Below are positions 60,968 through 64,000 of a stretch of DNA of 64,000 bases, piece after piece. Source of the DNA: Amphiscolops sp. MND2022 (Eukaryota); the NCBI GenBank assembly GCA_964187785.1, contig OZ076409.1:89096001-89160000 (forward strand), given 5' to 3'. The translations under genes were made by a program, and so were the position numbers. Numbering within the stretch: position 1 is the stretch's first letter; the number at the start of each line of letters is the position of its first letter. The notes below the pieces were generated by a model that saw nothing but the letters and a program-made list of their open reading frames with translations, was not told the origin of the DNA and did not search any database.

Positions 60968-62744
60968 CTGTTCATTCAGTAAAAGCAAATTCAACTTAAC
61001 GATTTCTGCCCGGCAAAATTTTCAAACCGGACGCGGCTTCGAGAATATTAATTTGGGCGGAAGTTGTCTAAAATGCGACCGGAAGTTACTTCTTCTGAAA
61101 ATTCAAATCTGTTTCTACCTTTGAAATTAGGAAACAGTAAAATCGCTAGCCTGGCCAGCTTAGCAACCGAAACACTGAATATAAATCAGACAAACAAAAC
61201 AAACATTAACAAATTAGAATTCGGACTTACCAGGGGAAGTTGAAGTCGGTGATTTGTACCCCCAAGTAGCAGTTTGCCTTCTGGAGATTTGGTCCTTCCG
61301 GGACTTCCGATTTCGCCCTGGCTCCATTGGAAAGGTAAAATAAGGTAGAACACACCAAATTCGGAAGAGCAGAAGAGAGATTCTGGATTATCCAAGCAGG
61401 AAAGTGATGTACTAAGAGATGCGACGACAAGTTGAAGTTAACCAGTAAAAGAACTCAAGAATGTAAAGTGCAATGGAGAAAAATGAACGAGAAAGACTTA
61501 CTGAAACTTTCGTACTTTTAACAAATAGAATTGCGAAGCAAGATAAAGGCGTGGCGTATACGATAAAAGGCAAAAGAGCAAATGACTAATGTAAATTAAC
61601 ATGGTGAGAACGGACCTTAATGCTGATTGGCTAATTAAATCAATCAATCACTACTGCCAGAGTGATCGTTTGGCGTAATTGACATGTGAAAGAGTCATAA
61701 TTATTCACAAAAAGAAGTATGCGCATATTGTGGAGATGTTCAAGTTGATTGGACTAATATCATACGTCAATATGCGGATTCGTCATGAACGAATATACGG
61801 TATTATACGGTGAAGATAGAATTGGATATGCGGCATCATGCGGGGAGAAAACAACAGCATATACTGCAATACGCGGAACTGAAGAGAACCGAATATGCGG
61901 TATCCTACTGATATAATAATCACGTATAAGCGTCAGCATGCGGCGTGGAATGCAATTTGTGACGATACAGTATGACAACAATCTAAGCAAATGCACCACG
62001 TAAGGACCAATTGGAAGTGAATATAAAAGAGTGTAAGATAACACACACGAGTACTACGATGACCAAGATGCTAACTACTACATATACCAATACCTTCATA
62101 CATGCAGTCCTGAGTATCATTCCGATAAAATAAAAGGCTGGTGGGTCAATTTCAACAATACATATGGATTTGATGAATAAGAGGCATAGCACTTTTCAAG
62201 TGCTGGACCTTATGACGAAAGGCCGGGCAATGAAAGATAATCTAATGGTATATATCACGCAGATCCTTAGTTGGCGAAAATTTATTTTTGTAAAACTATG
62301 AAACTCTTAATGGAAGTTTGTATCTGGATAGGTTTTATACATGAAAGATGCCTTTTCATTCATACGTAGTGAACACTTTAGTCATCATTTTGTTTACATC
62401 ATATCTAAATGCTGTTGAAGATATGGTAGTAGAGGTCAAAGGAATAGCCACTCAAGGTGAGGAAACCCTCACAACCAACCCTAAATTGTTTACAAGTAAT
62501 TGATGAGAGCCTTAGTGGAGCTTACCTTAAAAGGGCTATCTACGGCTTTTATGGACTCCTTATATGGATTCTACGAAACTGATAACCATGACAAGCAACT
62601 TTTTGGAGGGAAAACTTATTCTTGAAAGGGAACTAGAAGAAATTTCACCATATGGTCTTAGTGAATCTAGAACTCAGTCATCTCACCAGAGTTTTATTCA
62701 GTGTCACAAATTCTCCCAAACAAGTGAATTTATATCGGATAATA

Positions 62745-63773
62745 ATGAATAATCTTCAATTCAATCTCGATGAAGACCCACTCTACTCTCCAATTTCACC
62801 TGAGGTGGTAGATATCTCTAGCGGATCTGAAGACGGTTTCCTAGTGGAACCTGGCAATACGTTTAAAATAGACGAGAAGTTTAGGATTAACCCTACTGGA
62901 ACAAACTTGATGTCAGCATTTATGGGTACTACATCAGCATCCCTGTTCCCTGAAACTAGTGACACCGCAACAATAGTAGAAGAAATGGACACTGCAGGGA
63001 CTCGTTTGGAAAAGGAACTGATGGAACTGGTGGGGGATACCCAAGGAACTCAGCTGTTCTCCCCTAGTTCATTCATGGACAGTGAATTTGAGGAAACTGA
63101 TTCATCTCCTCCTGATCTACTGGAAGGAACTACGGTAAGCACAAACAGTTATGGGCGGCCTATAGCTGCTATACTGCCGACACCTAGGGCCCCACATATA
63201 CATGCAAGGGAAATCTCTCAGCCAATTCCGATATACCCACCCAAATTTCGTCCAGAAAATACGGATTTCCAAATCGTCCAAAACAATGAAATGGTGTTTG
63301 GTAACACGATGGACCAGCCTATGCCCTCACTCGATACAATCCATACTGTAATGCCTTTGAACAACATGACCCCTGTGATCATCCAGCTTCCAATGAGGGG
63401 TGCGCCAGACAGACATCCCCAGATGGTCACCTCATCACAACCGTTAGCTCAGATTGGGTTCCCTTTTAACGTAGCCCACAGTACAAACCATCTGCTTCTC
63501 CCAACAGAAGAGAGACAAAGACACAGGTTAATCCCCACAGTTATGCCTAATGTTGCGGGCTATTGTGATTGGTGCGGAAAAAGCTTCGACCAAGTGGCAT
63601 TGGAGACCTTAGGAGAATATCTCGCAGCAACAGCTTACGAGGGGGAGACTGTGAGAGACAGAGGCGTGCGTTCCCGAGCATTTATTGACGGTTTCAAGCT
63701 CGCACTGTTCTGTTTTAAAAGTGCTGGCCTGTCGCAACCCTACTATTGCGCTGGACCCGTGGTGCAACAATAA
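62745..63773 (+). CDS. 3' accessory ORF of Gypsy-B (342 aa; acidic/Pro-rich N-terminus, CxxC domain), stop codon inside the 3' LTR
   Basis: MNNLQFNLD start resembles Gypsy-A MNLPFHLD; CDWCGKSFDQ..LGEYLAATAYEGE..RSRAFIDG..GLSQ. Confidence 0.75.
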   Translation: MNNLQFNLDEDPLYSPISPEVVDISSGSEDGFLVEPGNTFKIDEKFRINPTGTNLMSAFMGTTSASLFPETSDTATIVEEMDTAGTRLEKELMELVGDTQGTQLFSPSSFMDSEFEETDSSPPDLLEGTTVSTNSYGRPIAAILPTPRAPHIHAREISQPIPIYPPKFRPENTDFQIVQNNEMVFGNTMDQPMPSLDTIHTVMPLNNMTPVIIQLPMRGAPDRHPQMVTSSQPLAQIGFPFNVAHSTNHLLLPTEERQRHRLIPTVMPNVAGYCDWCGKSFDQVALETLGEYLAATAYEGETVRDRGVRSRAFIDGFKLALFCFKSAGLSQPYYCAGPVVQQ

Positions 63774-64000
63774 AAAAACAGAACAGTACGAGGAAAGGGT
63801 ATGATCACACATTTCAAACTTCCTAAACTATATGAATAAACAATTTGATTTCATGTATTTTGTATAAATTATTTGAATATTTGTAAAGGCAATTAGCCGA
63901 TTGGATGATGTCTTACCCCATTCATAATTTACATGAAACCATGGAAGTTACTATTTGCAGTAGTTCTAAGATGCTAATTTGTGTTATGCGTCACACCTCG
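63730..64000 (+). repeat. 3' LTR of Gypsy-B, truncated by the window end
   Basis: Matches 42381-42651. Confidence 0.92.

Larger units (their letters stand above)
42381..64000 (+). mobile_element. Gypsy-B: large Ty3/Gypsy LTR retrotransposon (~16 kb without the nested BEL), runs off the window
   Basis: 5' LTR start repeated at 63730 (4 mismatches in 271 bp by eye); PBS; gag; pol; ~7 kb accessory region. Confidence 0.95.

Noticed and set aside
62652..63773. env gene in the third-ORF position
   Set aside because: No signal peptide, furin site or transmembrane helix.

Overview
Animal (invertebrate-like) nuclear DNA, AT-rich and dense in transposons; the species cannot be determined from this window. 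Two spliced host genes lie on the + strand. One encodes Cys-rich EGF/EB-like repeats, a Ly6/uPAR (LU) domain and a GPI signal (6 exons, 1099-20900, last intron 16 kb). The other is a ~200-aa coiled-coil protein with two coding exons (23026-29146). The rest is mobile DNA: a hAT MITE, a MULE, Helentron-type non-autonomous elements, LINE/SINE relics, two tandem CRE-like non-LTR elements, a non-autonomous BEL/Pao element and several spacerless palindromes. The most notable feature is a lineage of large Ty3/Gypsy elements, represented by Gypsy-A (7643-19930, -), Gypsy-B (42381->64000, +) and a related solo LTR. In both elements gag starts ~190-210 codons inside the 5' LTR and reads through the PBS. 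A conserved acidic CxxC accessory ORF runs into the 3' LTR, and an antisense gene converges on pol. In Gypsy-B the antisense gene has four phase-compatible GT-AG introns and resembles a catalytically dead hAT transposase. The same element carries three clusters of a YATRCG-N4-YATRCG motif (in the LTR, the large antisense intron and the divergent promoter region). These observations suggest a complex-retrovirus-like, possibly self-regulating or anti-silencing retroelement; that role is a hypothesis. All protein family calls come from motif recognition by eye, not database searches.
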